Origin: a virus | Taxonomy: Duplodnaviria; Caudoviricetes | Length of the DNA: 50,369 bases | Direction: 5' to 3' (one strand) | IMG/VR virus record: IMGVR_UViG_3300031576_000066 | Location: 1 to 50,369 of that record | Part shown: one piece after another, positions 18,593-28,468 of the stretch | Layout of the letters: the number at the start of each line of letters is the position of its first letter | How positions within the stretch are numbered: position 1 is the first letter of the stretch | Program-made: the position numbers and the translations under genes | Notes under the pieces: model-generated | The model's input: only the letters and a program-made list of their open reading frames with translations | Database searches by the model: none | What the model was told of the DNA's origin: nothing

Positions 18593-18892
18593 ATGGCGAG
18601 CGAATACGACAAAGGCGACCAGGTAAGAGTCAGCGCCGCTTTCACCAACGCGGTGGGCACGGCCATTGATCCAACCACCGTCCGATTCAAGTACAAGACA
18701 CCGGCGAGTGGAACGGCTGTCACATTGGTGTATGGCGTCGACGGTGCCTTAGTGAAGGACTCGACCGGCAATTATCACGTTGACATTGATCTCGATCTGG
18801 CAGGCGTGTATCGCTTCCGCTGGGAGAGCGTCGGCACCGGCAAGGCGGCCAGCGAGTCGTTTGTGGTGGTCCGCAACTCGGACTTTGACTAA
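18593..18892 (+). CDS. Ig-like/BppU-N-like adaptor protein
   Basis: YDKGD..., DPTTVRF.Y..P, G.YH.D, GVY..RW pattern. Confidence 0.55.
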   Translation: MASEYDKGDQVRVSAAFTNAVGTAIDPTTVRFKYKTPASGTAVTLVYGVDGALVKDSTGNYHVDIDLDLAGVYRFRWESVGTGKAASESFVVVRNSDFD

Positions 18893-18955
18893 GTAGTTTT
18901 TTTGCGCGGCGCGTCTCCAAAAAAGAGACGCCCCACTCGCGCAAGAGGAGGCAAC

Positions 18956-19267
18956 ATGCAGGTAACAGTCACTCTCGATCTCAGCACCACGTTGAAAGCC
19001 ACTCTGCGCGACGGCAAGCTGAGCGCCGAACTCACTGTCACTGCGCCCTACGGGGTGCGCACGGTGAGCGTGTCAGAGACGGAATTTCCGCCTGAACTGT
19101 TGGAGGCGGCGGCAGGCGCATTGCAGAACCTGCTTGAGTCGCGTGTCGAAAAGTTGGTGAGCAGGGCACAGCGCGCGGCGCACGAAGCCGCAGCGGTGGC
19201 CGCTCGCCTCGGCGAGGACTTCGAGTCCGCCGGAGAAGGGCAGGACAAAACCAAGGAGGTGGACTAA
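18956..19267 (+). CDS. hypothetical protein
   Basis: GAGGAGG RBS ahead of ATG 18956, preceded by a hairpin. Confidence 0.6.
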   Translation: MQVTVTLDLSTTLKATLRDGKLSAELTVTAPYGVRTVSVSETEFPPELLEAAAGALQNLLESRVEKLVSRAQRAAHEAAAVAARLGEDFESAGEGQDKTKEVD

Positions 19268-19968
19268 TGGCAGTCCAAGCAATGGGCGGGGCGCTCGGCC
19301 CAGCCGGTAACGTCAACATCTTCAAGCATCCCACAGCCCCCGCCAAGGGGTTCATCGCCTGGCTGTTGTGGGTGATGCGAAATGCGCTTCCGGCGCGCGG
19401 CCTTCCGAGTGAGGTCAACGCCTACCGTTTCCGCAACCTGCCGAACGTCTGGCGCGGCTTCTGGCGCGTCTGTTTGGCGCGCATCATGGGCATCCCGCAC
19501 TTCTATGGCGCGTTGCAGATGGCCGTCAAACGCGGTGACGGCACGATCCTGAATCTCGGACTGGCATCTCTGCGCGTGGTCACGACCGCTGGCGTCAACT
19601 TCATCGTGGACGCTTTCCAAAACACCGTAGAAGTGGAAAACATGAAGTACCACGGCTATGGGACCGGCACGAATGCCGAGGCGGTGGGCGACACGGCGCT
19701 ACAGACCGAACTCACGACTCAATACGCGGTGGACAACACGCGGCCAACCGGAACAACGACTGAAGGCGCGTCCGCCAACATCTATCGCACGGTCGCCACG
19801 CTCTCACCGGACAGTGGCGGCACCATCGCGATCACCGAGCACGGCGTTTTCTCGGCCACGTCCGGGGTCACGCTGCTGGACCGGACCGTGTTCTCTGCCG
19901 TCAACCTGGTGGCGGGTTCCGACTCGTTGCAGACCACCTACGACCTGACTCTCGCGGCTGGTTCGTAA
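19267..19968 (+). CDS. structural protein with a tail-fibre N-terminal-like domain
   Basis: VVTTAG, GTGTNAEAVGDTALQTE, ITEHGVF, LLDRTVF motifs. Confidence 0.65.
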   Translation: MAVQAMGGALGPAGNVNIFKHPTAPAKGFIAWLLWVMRNALPARGLPSEVNAYRFRNLPNVWRGFWRVCLARIMGIPHFYGALQMAVKRGDGTILNLGLASLRVVTTAGVNFIVDAFQNTVEVENMKYHGYGTGTNAEAVGDTALQTELTTQYAVDNTRPTGTTTEGASANIYRTVATLSPDSGGTIAITEHGVFSATSGVTLLDRTVFSAVNLVAGSDSLQTTYDLTLAAGS

Positions 19969-19980
19969 GGCAAGCACAAC

Positions 19981-20562
19981 ATGACCGTTCGCGTTGGGAT
20001 GGAAAACCTGATCATCCGCCTGCGCTCGATGACCGAGGCAAGCGAAAGCGACTACACGCTCGCCGGTGTCACGTACTGGACCGGCGAGCAATTGCAGTCA
20101 GTGCTTGATCGCCATCGCCGCGATCTGATCCGCGTTCCCTTGCGCTCCACCTACGAGTCCATCGCCAGCGAGTCGGAATACCATAACTACTACCTGGACG
20201 ATTACACGGACATCGAAGAGGCGGGCAGTGGCACGCCGACCTGGCTGGTCGAGGATGGAAATGGTGACGCAGTTGGGACCGCCAACTACACGGTCAACTA
20301 TGACGCCGGTCACTTCCGTTTCACCACCGACACCGAGGGCGCGGCCTACTACCTGACCACGCGCAGTTTCAACATGAATCGCGCCGCGGTCGAGGTCTGG
20401 CAGAAAAAGGCCAGCCATGTGGCGAAGGCTTACGACTTCAAGGCTGACGGGGCCGAGTACGACCGCTCACAGCTCTACAAGCACGCCATGCAGATGGCCG
20501 CCCACTACCGGAGTCTATCTGGGCTGACCATCTCAAGGATGTTCAGGTCTGATGCTGCCTAG
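19981..20562 (+). CDS. head-tail connector/adaptor protein
   Basis: Position; C-terminal AAVEVW..KA...YDF.ADG...RSQ. Confidence 0.6.
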   Translation: MTVRVGMENLIIRLRSMTEASESDYTLAGVTYWTGEQLQSVLDRHRRDLIRVPLRSTYESIASESEYHNYYLDDYTDIEEAGSGTPTWLVEDGNGDAVGTANYTVNYDAGHFRFTTDTEGAAYYLTTRSFNMNRAAVEVWQKKASHVAKAYDFKADGAEYDRSQLYKHAMQMAAHYRSLSGLTISRMFRSDAA

Positions 20563-20914
20563 TGACGAACTCGACGACATGCGGGATGTGCAGGAGGAGG
20601 CCTTGCCCGACACCTGCACAATCCAGACCACAGGCCAGACCAATACCAAAGGCTCGACGGCGGAGGCGTTCACAAACACCTACACCGCCGTGCCCTGCCG
20701 CCTGGCGCCGGCGAATCGTGTGGTTGCAGAGAGGCAGGTCGGCGCGGCGCTGGCCGCCGTCAGCGACTTCATGCTGACGATTGCCTTTGACCAGACCGTG
20801 ACGCCCACCGATCGGGTCGTGCATGACAGCGTGACCTACGAAGTCACCGCCGTGGCGAACGACAAGGCCTCATGGCGCACGGCGCGGCGCGTCTATCTCA
20901 AGAGGGTGCAATAG
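20552..20914 (+). CDS. head closure protein (SPP1 gp16-like)
   Basis: LPDTCTI, VPCRL, DRVV....TYEV..V. Confidence 0.7.
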   Translation: MLPSDELDDMRDVQEEALPDTCTIQTTGQTNTKGSTAEAFTNTYTAVPCRLAPANRVVAERQVGAALAAVSDFMLTIAFDQTVTPTDRVVHDSVTYEVTAVANDKASWRTARRVYLKRVQ

Positions 20915-21318
20915 TGGCAAAGCCGCACGTCAGCATCGCTCTTGACACCACCAGGCTAGACCTGCTGATAGGCCAGCTTGAGCCGCGCGCCATGACGATC
21001 CTAGACAATGTGGCTTTCGACATTGAGGCCTCGGCCAAGCCTTATGCCAAGGTGGACACCGGCGCGATGCGTTCATCGATCTACGTGAGCGGCGCGTCAG
21101 GCGGCACAAGCTACGGCAACGCCGCCAGCGATGCGCAGGCGTTGCGGCCCAAGGCCGGACTCGTCAACGAGGTGAGGCCCGCTAACAAGTGGGAACGGAT
21201 CGTCGGTGTGGCTGTGGAATACGCCTACTGGCAGGAACTCCAGCAACCCTTCATCGGCCCAGCCGTCGAGGATAACAGGCGCAAGGCTCAAAGCGCCTGG
21301 CGGGAGTTGTGTCGGTGA
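20914..21318 (+). CDS. HK97 gp10-like neck protein
   Basis: VDTGAMRSSI, EYA..QE, PFIGPAV. Confidence 0.75.
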   Translation: MAKPHVSIALDTTRLDLLIGQLEPRAMTILDNVAFDIEASAKPYAKVDTGAMRSSIYVSGASGGTSYGNAASDAQALRPKAGLVNEVRPANKWERIVGVAVEYAYWQELQQPFIGPAVEDNRRKAQSAWRELCR

Positions 21319-21716
21319 ACGTACTCGAAGAGTCGCTCTACGACGCGCTCGCCGGAAACGCGCCCTTGCTGGCAGTAGTGAGCACGCGCATCTACCGGCA
21401 GACCGCTCCACCAGGCGCGGTGTATCCGCTGGTGCTATTTGGCCTCAATGCGGGCGGAGACGAGAACACCACCTCCGTGGACAGCCTAGATGTGCGCTAC
21501 GCGGTGCGGGGCGTGTCAGAAGTCAGCACCGACCAGGCCGGCGACGTAGACGACCTGATCCGTACCGTGCTTCACAAGACCGCGCTCACGGTCACAGGCT
21601 GGTCAAACTTTTGGACTACGCGCGGCGCTGAGATTCGTCTCACCGAGATCGATCCAAGCGGCAAGCGCTTTTATCACGCCGGGGCGATCTATCGCATCCG
21701 GCTCGACAAGACTTAG
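21315..21716 (+). CDS. tail terminator (DUF3168-like)
   Basis: LYDAL...V..RIY..AP....YP.V pattern; position before the tail tube. Confidence 0.75.
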   Translation: MNVLEESLYDALAGNAPLLAVVSTRIYRQTAPPGAVYPLVLFGLNAGGDENTTSVDSLDVRYAVRGVSEVSTDQAGDVDDLIRTVLHKTALTVTGWSNFWTTRGAEIRLTEIDPSGKRFYHAGAIYRIRLDKT

Positions 21717-21728
21717 AGAGGAGGCAGC

Positions 21729-22130
21729 ATGGCACAGTACACCGGCAAGAACCTGGCGATCACCTTCGCGGCAACGACCATCTCAACGCGCTTCCGCAAG
21801 CTGACGGTAAAAGAGGACAAAGACCTCGTGGACCAGTCGGCTGGAAACGACGTGGCCAAGACTTACCTGACCGCGCTCGAAGACGGCGACGCCTCGTTGG
21901 AGTTTCTGGACGTGACCGACGGCACAGCCGCCACGGCTCTATGGAATCTCTGCGACAAGGGCGTTGAGGGATCACTGATCTGGATGCCTGAAGGCACCGC
22001 CGTCAACGATCCGAAGCACACGGTCAACGCCATTGTCAAGAGCCGTGAACGCGACTTCCCTTACGACGATGTGGTTGAGGGCAAGATCGTGTTCCAGTTC
22101 TCGGGCGTTGTGACGGATGGAGTCAACTAA
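21729..22130 (+). CDS. major tail tube protein
   Basis: GGAGG RBS, 133 aa, ends FQFSGVV; sits between tail terminator and chaperone. Confidence 0.75.
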   Translation: MAQYTGKNLAITFAATTISTRFRKLTVKEDKDLVDQSAGNDVAKTYLTALEDGDASLEFLDVTDGTAATALWNLCDKGVEGSLIWMPEGTAVNDPKHTVNAIVKSRERDFPYDDVVEGKIVFQFSGVVTDGVN

Positions 22131-22197
22131 ACAAACCCTTCATTACCCCAATGAGAGCGCAAGCTGCTTTCATTGGGGTTGGCCGGGAGATGAAAAG

Positions 22198-22557
22198 ATG
22201 TCTGACGAAGCTACTCCAAAAATCCTGACCCTTCAGGACATCCGTAGCGCGGCGGACCTGCCGCGTGAGCTGGTGCCTGTGCCCGAGTGGGGCGGGGCGG
22301 TCGTGGTCCAGGGCGTGAGCGTGTCCGATGGAATGAACCTGCTGAAAAACATGCAGGATAAGGACGGCAAGATCGAAGATGAAAAGGCCATGCTCTACGC
22401 CTTTGTCTACGGTGTGGTCGATCCGAAGTTCATGCCTGAGGATGTGGAATGGCTGAAGACTAAGGCGCTGGGAGCGGTCACTCGCGTGACTCAGGTCTTT
22501 ATGCGCCTGTCTGGGTTTGAGCAGGATTCTCTCAAGGCCGCAAGAAAAAACTCGTAG
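22198..22557 (+). CDS. tail assembly chaperone (gpG-like)
   Basis: VPVPEWGGAV motif; ends ARKNS at a slippery site. Confidence 0.8.
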   Translation: MSDEATPKILTLQDIRSAADLPRELVPVPEWGGAVVVQGVSVSDGMNLLKNMQDKDGKIEDEKAMLYAFVYGVVDPKFMPEDVEWLKTKALGAVTRVTQVFMRLSGFEQDSLKAARKNS

Positions 22558-22769
22558 CGGACACCCGGCGGCTGTTCCTCTTCGCCCTGGCAAAAGACCT
22601 GGGTAGGACGGTCGCCGGTCTGTCCGTTGAATTGAGTGGGCCTGAGTTTGTGGAATGGATGGCGTTCTACGAGATCGAGGCGCTACTCCATAAGCAATCC
22701 GCCAAAGGCAAGGACGGTAGAGAAGCCTTGCAGATCGTGAGGTTGATCATCGAGTTGACCAAACACTAA
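22545..22769 (+). CDS. -1 frameshift extension of the tail chaperone (gpT-like part)
   Basis: A-AAA-AAC at 22545-22551; -1 frame reads LFLFALAKDLGRTVAGLSVELSGPEFVEWMAFYEIE to TAA 22769. Confidence 0.8.
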   Translation, partial: KKLVADTRRLFLFALAKDLGRTVAGLSVELSGPEFVEWMAFYEIEALLHKQSAKGKDGREALQIVRLIIELTKH

Positions 22770-23478
22770 TGGCCGGATGGCCTTTTCTGCCTGGTCGAGG
22801 CTCAACGATGTCATGGCATGGTCGGCACAGGGTTGCCAGGTTTTCGAGACTGTCATCCTGAGTTTTCCGCCAAGGAGTCTTGTGGTGAACGATCAGATCG
22901 CTCGTGGCACTACACCGCGTACAGCGCCAACCATCACGGTTGAGGGCTTCAAGCCTGCGCTCGCGCCATGCCTTGCGCCCACAGCGACTCCGCGCGTCGA
23001 GGGAGTGCTTGGTGTTCTTCTGGCCATGCCATCTGTTCAGGCAGAGCATAGAACAGAAGCGCGCAGACTCCAGCCGCTTGCGGGTGATCTCAAACTCGTC
23101 ACCGCACCACTCGCACACCTTGAAGAATCGGCGGCTGGCGTTGCCCGCACACTCTTGGGAGCAAAACCGGCTGGCGTTGTGTTTGAGAGTGGACGGATGG
23201 ACGCTAAACGTCTGCCCGCAATTCTCACATACACGAGTCGGCTGATGGGCGCGGGCATAGTCCCATTTGCACGCCTTGCTACAGAACTTTTGAGAGCCGC
23301 GCCCTCGATAGGCTTTGCTCTCAAATGGTTTTCCGCAGTGAAGGCATGGCTTGACCGGCAGAGCGCGGTGAGTGTCAGAGCATATTCGAGAGCAATATCT
23401 TGCACTCTCCGCCCGAAATGGTTTGACGGAAAAAGTCTTGTGGCAGTTGAGGCATGAAAGCGTGATCAAGGTTGGCAT
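22747..23478 (-). CDS. HNH endonuclease with four CxxC...[FY]CSxxC zinc fingers
   Basis: C-terminal CTRC...VHH...ENLATLCRPCH; antisense insertion. Confidence 0.85.
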   Translation of the reverse strand: MPTLITLSCLNCHKTFSVKPFRAESARYCSRICSDTHRALPVKPCLHCGKPFESKAYRGRGSQKFCSKACKWDYARAHQPTRVCENCGQTFSVHPSTLKHNASRFCSQECAGNASRRFFKVCEWCGDEFEITRKRLESARFCSMLCLNRWHGQKNTKHSLDARSRCGRKAWRERRLEALNRDGWRCTRCSATSDLIVHHKTPWRKTQDDSLENLATLCRPCHDIVEPRPGRKGHPAISVWSTR

Positions 23479-23484
23479 GTTGAG

Positions 23485-23493
23485 AGTATAGCA
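23485..23493 (-). promoter_or_regulatory. extended -10 promoter for a leaderless HNH mRNA
   Basis: TGcTATACT ends 6 nt before ATG 23478. Confidence 0.55.
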
Positions 23494-23497
23494 CAAA

Positions 23498-26014
23498 ATG
23501 GCAACTGAGATAGCTTCACTTTTCGCTAGGGTGGGAGCCGATATCACCGGCCTTCAGTCTGGTTTAGCGAACGCTAAAAACAGCCTGATAGGTGCGGGCA
23601 GCATGATGACCTCCACCGGCGCAATGATGACGGCGGGGATCACTTTGCCGTTGCTCGCGGCCGGCGGCGCTGCCGCGAAGTTTGCCACCGACTTTGACGC
23701 GCAGATGAGGAACATCCAGAGCATTAGTAAGCAGTCGGATGAAAGCCTCGGCGTGCTGAGTGATCGATTCATCACTATGAGCACGGACCTGACCAAGACC
23801 AGGGACAGCGCCGAAAACCTCGCCAAAGGTTTCTACCAAATCCAGTCTTCTGGATTCGCAGGTGAGGACGCCATGACCATCCTAGAGGTCTCCACGAAGG
23901 CCGCCAGCGCTGGCCTGACGGACACCGAGACAGCCGCCAAGGCGATCCTATCGGTGCTCAACGCCTACGGGTTGGAGGCCAGCGAAGCCGCGCACGTTTC
24001 CGATGTGCTGTTCAAGTCTGTTGACGTGGGTGTGTTCAGTTTCGGCGAAATTTCCGGCGCTATCGGCGACACGCTGGGAGCCGCCGCCGCCGCCAAGATT
24101 CCGATTGAGGACTTGGGCGCGGCCTTCGCCACCATGACCAAAGCCGGCATCAATGTCAACGAGTCGGCCACCTCGATCAATCAACTCATGCTCTCCTTCA
24201 TCAAGCCGACCGACTCGGCAAAGGATGCGGCTCAGGCAATGGGGGTGGAACTGAGCCTGAACGCGCTCCAGACAAAGGGCCTGGGCGGGGTCATAAAAGA
24301 CCTCGCCACGCACACGCAAATGCTGACAGTGGTAACAGGTGGGGCGAGTGACGAACTCAAGGGCAACCTGTCCGCCGTCGAGTCCAGTATGGAGGCGCTG
24401 AAGCGTTGGAAGTTGGAGCAGCAAGCGGCTGGCACCTGGACCAAAGAAGCCAAACAGCAGTTTGAGCAACAGAGCGCCGCGCTCAAAATCCAAAAGATGG
24501 ATGTGGAGGGCATGATCGACGCCTCCGCTGACTACGCCACCACCATGCAGGTGATGAGCGATAAGACCGGCCTGACGGTCGATCAATTGGCCGAGCTATT
24601 CCCGAACGTCCGCGCGCTCCGGGCCGCGCTATCGCTGGCGCGCGATGGTGGCGAGGACTTCGCCAAGGACTTAGAAACGATCAAGGACGCGGCCGGAGCG
24701 ACCACCGCGGCCTTTGAGATTCAAAACAAGTCCTGGGCCGCACAGTGGGATAACTTCAAAAACAAGGGAGTCGCCGCCCTGATTGGGTTTGGGCAGGTGA
24801 TCGTCCCGGCGCTTATGCCGCTCATGGATGGGTTGGGCAAGGTGCTCGACATGCTCCGCACCGCTGATCCGCAATGGATTAGGACGGCGCTGGGGGTGCT
24901 CGCGATAGTGGCCGCCATTGGGCCTGTGCTCACCGTGATCGGCTTCCTGACAACGGCGCTGGGCTTCCTGCTCTCGCCCATTGGGTTGGTAGTGGCAGGA
25001 GTGGCATTGCTGGCCCTGGCCATCGCTACGAACTTTGGCGGCATCCGTGACTGGCTGGTGAGCCTCGCGCCGATGTTCACGCCTCTGGTCACGGCCTTTA
25101 TGGGGTTCGTCGCCGCGCTCCAGGCCAGCGCCCCGCAGGTGCAGGCGCTGGGAGCCGTCATGTTCTCGGCGCTTCAATCGGCGCTGGCGACCGTGGGGCC
25201 GCAGGTGACGGCGAACTTGCAGAACATGATCTTAGCGATCTCCAGCTTCGTGACTCAAGCCGGAGTCTGGTGGACTCAGCATGGGGCACAGGTTCTGGCA
25301 GTTCTGAGCACGCTCTGGCAGTTGGCGGTTGTCATCGTGGGGATGGGGATCACGCTACTGACCGGACTCATCACCGCCGGCCTGCAATTACTCAATGGGA
25401 ATTGGGTTGGTGCGTTGAACACGCTCGGCGCGAGCCTCGAAGCCTTCTTCAACCTGGCTCTGTCGCTGGTTGGCAGCAATATGACCGAATTTAGAGAGGT
25501 GTGGGGCAACAATCTCAAGATGGTTGCGATCATCCTGATGACCACCTTCAATAATGCAATCGCCAACCTGCAAGGCATGATCTCTCAGTTTATGACCATC
25601 GGCGGCGCGATTGTGAACGGCATCATCTCGGGCATAACGGGCGGGATCGGCGCGCTCATCTCTGCCGCAGTCGGCGCCGCCACAGCCGCCTATAACGCCA
25701 TGCGCAGCGCGCTACAGGCGCGCTCTCCGAGCAAGCTGTTTGAAAAGCTGGGGCAGACAGTGCCGCAAGGTCTGGCGCAGGGCATTGGGGCAGGTGCCGA
25801 CATGCCCGCCAACGCCGTGCGCAGCATGGTGCCGGCCATGACCGGAGGAGTAGGCGGAGGCGGAGTCTCGGTAAGCATTGGGAGCATCGTCCAGCAACCA
25901 GGGCAAAGCGCCGAGGACTTAGTGACCCTGCTCATCAACCGGATCAAGGTGGAACTCGCCGCAGAGACGCGCCTGATGAGCGCGGGCGGTGGTCAGTACA
26001 TTGGAGCCGGATAA
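23498..26014 (+). CDS. tape measure protein (TP901 family)
   Basis: ATEIASLFARVGAD start, FDAQMRNI, hydrophobic repeats, RSPSKLF near the C-terminus. Confidence 0.93.
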   Translation: MATEIASLFARVGADITGLQSGLANAKNSLIGAGSMMTSTGAMMTAGITLPLLAAGGAAAKFATDFDAQMRNIQSISKQSDESLGVLSDRFITMSTDLTKTRDSAENLAKGFYQIQSSGFAGEDAMTILEVSTKAASAGLTDTETAAKAILSVLNAYGLEASEAAHVSDVLFKSVDVGVFSFGEISGAIGDTLGAAAAAKIPIEDLGAAFATMTKAGINVNESATSINQLMLSFIKPTDSAKDAAQAMGVELSLNALQTKGLGGVIKDLATHTQMLTVVTGGASDELKGNLSAVESSMEALKRWKLEQQAAGTWTKEAKQQFEQQSAALKIQKMDVEGMIDASADYATTMQVMSDKTGLTVDQLAELFPNVRALRAALSLARDGGEDFAKDLETIKDAAGATTAAFEIQNKSWAAQWDNFKNKGVAALIGFGQVIVPALMPLMDGLGKVLDMLRTADPQWIRTALGVLAIVAAIGPVLTVIGFLTTALGFLLSPIGLVVAGVALLALAIATNFGGIRDWLVSLAPMFTPLVTAFMGFVAALQASAPQVQALGAVMFSALQSALATVGPQVTANLQNMILAISSFVTQAGVWWTQHGAQVLAVLSTLWQLAVVIVGMGITLLTGLITAGLQLLNGNWVGALNTLGASLEAFFNLALSLVGSNMTEFREVWGNNLKMVAIILMTTFNNAIANLQGMISQFMTIGGAIVNGIISGITGGIGALISAAVGAATAAYNAMRSALQARSPSKLFEKLGQTVPQGLAQGIGAGADMPANAVRSMVPAMTGGVGGGGVSVSIGSIVQQPGQSAEDLVTLLINRIKVELAAETRLMSAGGGQYIGAG

Positions 26015-28468
26015 ATGGCAGTCACAGCACCCACCGTAAAATTGACCAAAGGTAGCGCCTATCTGAACATCAATACGGGCCGCTACCAAATAGGCAAGGA
26101 TTTTGTACCTCCGCCGATTCGCATGGTGCCCCAGATCGCCAGCGGCACAGCGGCCAACAGAGGCGGCAATGCGCGCAAAGTGGGGGAAAGAGGGGAGCCG
26201 CACGAATGGTCATTCACCGTAAAACTGACCGGCAGTTCTGACGCCGAGATCGCCCGCGGCCTCAGCGACCTCTCTACGTTTCTGAGAGGGGCAGGAGATA
26301 GGCGTGAGCCGCTTTACCTGCAATACCGGCCTAACAGCGATGTGGGCGTTGAGCCGCTGTGGGGTGTCTACGGCTGCAACACGCGCTATGAGATTCTGGC
26401 CGGAGATGTCATTCCGCCCGGCAATTACATGCTGGCCGACCTGCGCTCGAAGGGATTGCCTGAGTGTAAGGTCAAGTTGCAAATCCAACCCGTTGCGACC
26501 ACCAAGATTCTCAGGGCCGGATCGGCGCTCGGGCGCATCCACGAGGACATACTCGGCACCACCGATCTGATCTCGCGCGGCTTGGTCGTGGCACCCAGCA
26601 TAACCAACGAGATGACCAACCCGGTCTTTGGACATGCCACTTTCGGGAATGGCTGGACGGCGGACGCCTCGCTCACCGCCTCACAAAACACACTGTCGGA
26701 CTTTCTCCTGCCCGGTCAACTGGGCAGCGCCAAGTTGGTGAGCCGCGCCACAAGCCAGGAATACTACCAGTCGATCAACGCCGGAAACACCACCACCCGG
26801 ACGTTTATCTGCCTGATCATGTTGCCCGACAAAGGGACTCCGTCCTCGTCGGACATGCAGATTTTCTACAACGCTGCGCTGACCACTACCTTTACAGATA
26901 TGGGTAACGGATTATGGCGGGCCTCGGCGACAGCAGCGGGTATCAACGCAGCTACTAACACCGGGGTGCAGGTCAAGAGCGGGCGCACGATCTATCTGCT
27001 CGGAATGTTCATGGCGATCAGCAGCTCCGTGCTGTTCTATCCCTTCTGGGGTGACAATCTGGGATGTGCTTGGAGTGGAACCGCGCACGCCTCTACCAGC
27101 ACCAGCGTGGCCGGACGATGGCGCTTGCCCGTTGATGAAGACACCTTTGAGATCGGGGGGTTCACGATCCACATCGCCGTCCGTTGGCGCGTGGCAAACA
27201 CGCACGGCTTTGACATGCAGATTTTCAGCATGGGGGCCGCCTCGATCCGCGCCATCTTCAATCAATCCGGTGACACGATCTCCTTCACCGACGGCACCAA
27301 CACCGCCACCAGCTCGGCGATCACGTTCAGCGAGGGCACCGAAGATGTGTTTGACTTTGTGGCCTCGCCTTCTGGTGGGTTGGCGGTCTATCGGAACGGG
27401 GTGAGCATTGCCACAAGCGGCACCTATACCCCGCCGACGCTGCCCAGCTATCTCTACCTGGGCACGACCGACACAGTTACAAACCACATTGACGCGATAT
27501 TCCGTGACCTATCGATCTACGCGCAGGCTCTGACCGCTACGGAAGTGCTGAACAACTACACCAACCTCAGCAAGTTGACGGCTGACGGCCAGCGCGTTAG
27601 CTCCATCCTCACCCTCTGGACCAAAGACGGTGATGACGTGATCGATAACCACGACGACTCGGGCGAGGATAATTGGTGCGTGGTGTTGGGTGTGCCGGGG
27701 AGCGAGAAGGCGTACATCGAGGCGCGCCTGAACATGGCTGGCTCGTCCAGCACAGACCAGCTCTTTATGAGCAACTGGCACCACGCGAACTTTCTATCGC
27801 CGTCCGATATTTCCTTCGCTGACATCTCTGGCACCGCCACGACCGCCGCCGATGTGGGTAGCGCCGTGGCAACTGTGACGGTGGATACAAGCGAAATCCC
27901 GCTCGCCAGCAAAACCTATACCTGGCCGCAGTACCTGATGATGATGGGCAAGGAAATCTACATCTTCGCCAGACTCGAGGACGCCGCCGGCTCTGGGCTT
28001 CTGCTGCAAGCCGAGACAAACATCGGGGCCGTCCTTAAGACAGAATTCAAAGCGGCCAACGTGGCAACCGGCAACCGCGAGATCACGCACTCGCCGCCAA
28101 TCTTTATGCCGGAGTTTGACGCAAAGATTGCCTCGGGCGATCCGATCTTTCTGAACGCCAAGCGGCCCAGCGGCTCAAATAACGTCCTGGTGGACTTCCT
28201 CGCCATCTTTCCCAAGCCGATGCTGAGGCTCAAGTCATTGACGGGAAACAGGAAGGTTCTGATCAAGGGCACCGAGTACACCACGCTTGACACGGCCAAC
28301 AAGCTACTCGTGCCTCATCCCAGCGCTGTCGGGGATGATATGGTCGTTTATCCGTCGAAGTTCAACATGCTCCTGTTCTTGCTCAACTCCACCAACATAG
28401 ATGTGGTCATTACCTGGACGCTGACGGTTGACTACTTCAAGGTCACGCCGCGCTGGAGCCTGATCTAA
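26015..28468 (+). CDS. distal tail protein-like with an inserted LamG/concanavalin domain
   Basis: Follows tape measure; FTIHIAVRW...LYLGT...FRDLSIYAQALTATEV. Confidence 0.6.
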   Translation: MAVTAPTVKLTKGSAYLNINTGRYQIGKDFVPPPIRMVPQIASGTAANRGGNARKVGERGEPHEWSFTVKLTGSSDAEIARGLSDLSTFLRGAGDRREPLYLQYRPNSDVGVEPLWGVYGCNTRYEILAGDVIPPGNYMLADLRSKGLPECKVKLQIQPVATTKILRAGSALGRIHEDILGTTDLISRGLVVAPSITNEMTNPVFGHATFGNGWTADASLTASQNTLSDFLLPGQLGSAKLVSRATSQEYYQSINAGNTTTRTFICLIMLPDKGTPSSSDMQIFYNAALTTTFTDMGNGLWRASATAAGINAATNTGVQVKSGRTIYLLGMFMAISSSVLFYPFWGDNLGCAWSGTAHASTSTSVAGRWRLPVDEDTFEIGGFTIHIAVRWRVANTHGFDMQIFSMGAASIRAIFNQSGDTISFTDGTNTATSSAITFSEGTEDVFDFVASPSGGLAVYRNGVSIATSGTYTPPTLPSYLYLGTTDTVTNHIDAIFRDLSIYAQALTATEVLNNYTNLSKLTADGQRVSSILTLWTKDGDDVIDNHDDSGEDNWCVVLGVPGSEKAYIEARLNMAGSSSTDQLFMSNWHHANFLSPSDISFADISGTATTAADVGSAVATVTVDTSEIPLASKTYTWPQYLMMMGKEIYIFARLEDAAGSGLLLQAETNIGAVLKTEFKAANVATGNREITHSPPIFMPEFDAKIASGDPIFLNAKRPSGSNNVLVDFLAIFPKPMLRLKSLTGNRKVLIKGTEYTTLDTANKLLVPHPSAVGDDMVVYPSKFNMLLFLLNSTNIDVVITWTLTVDYFKVTPRWSLI

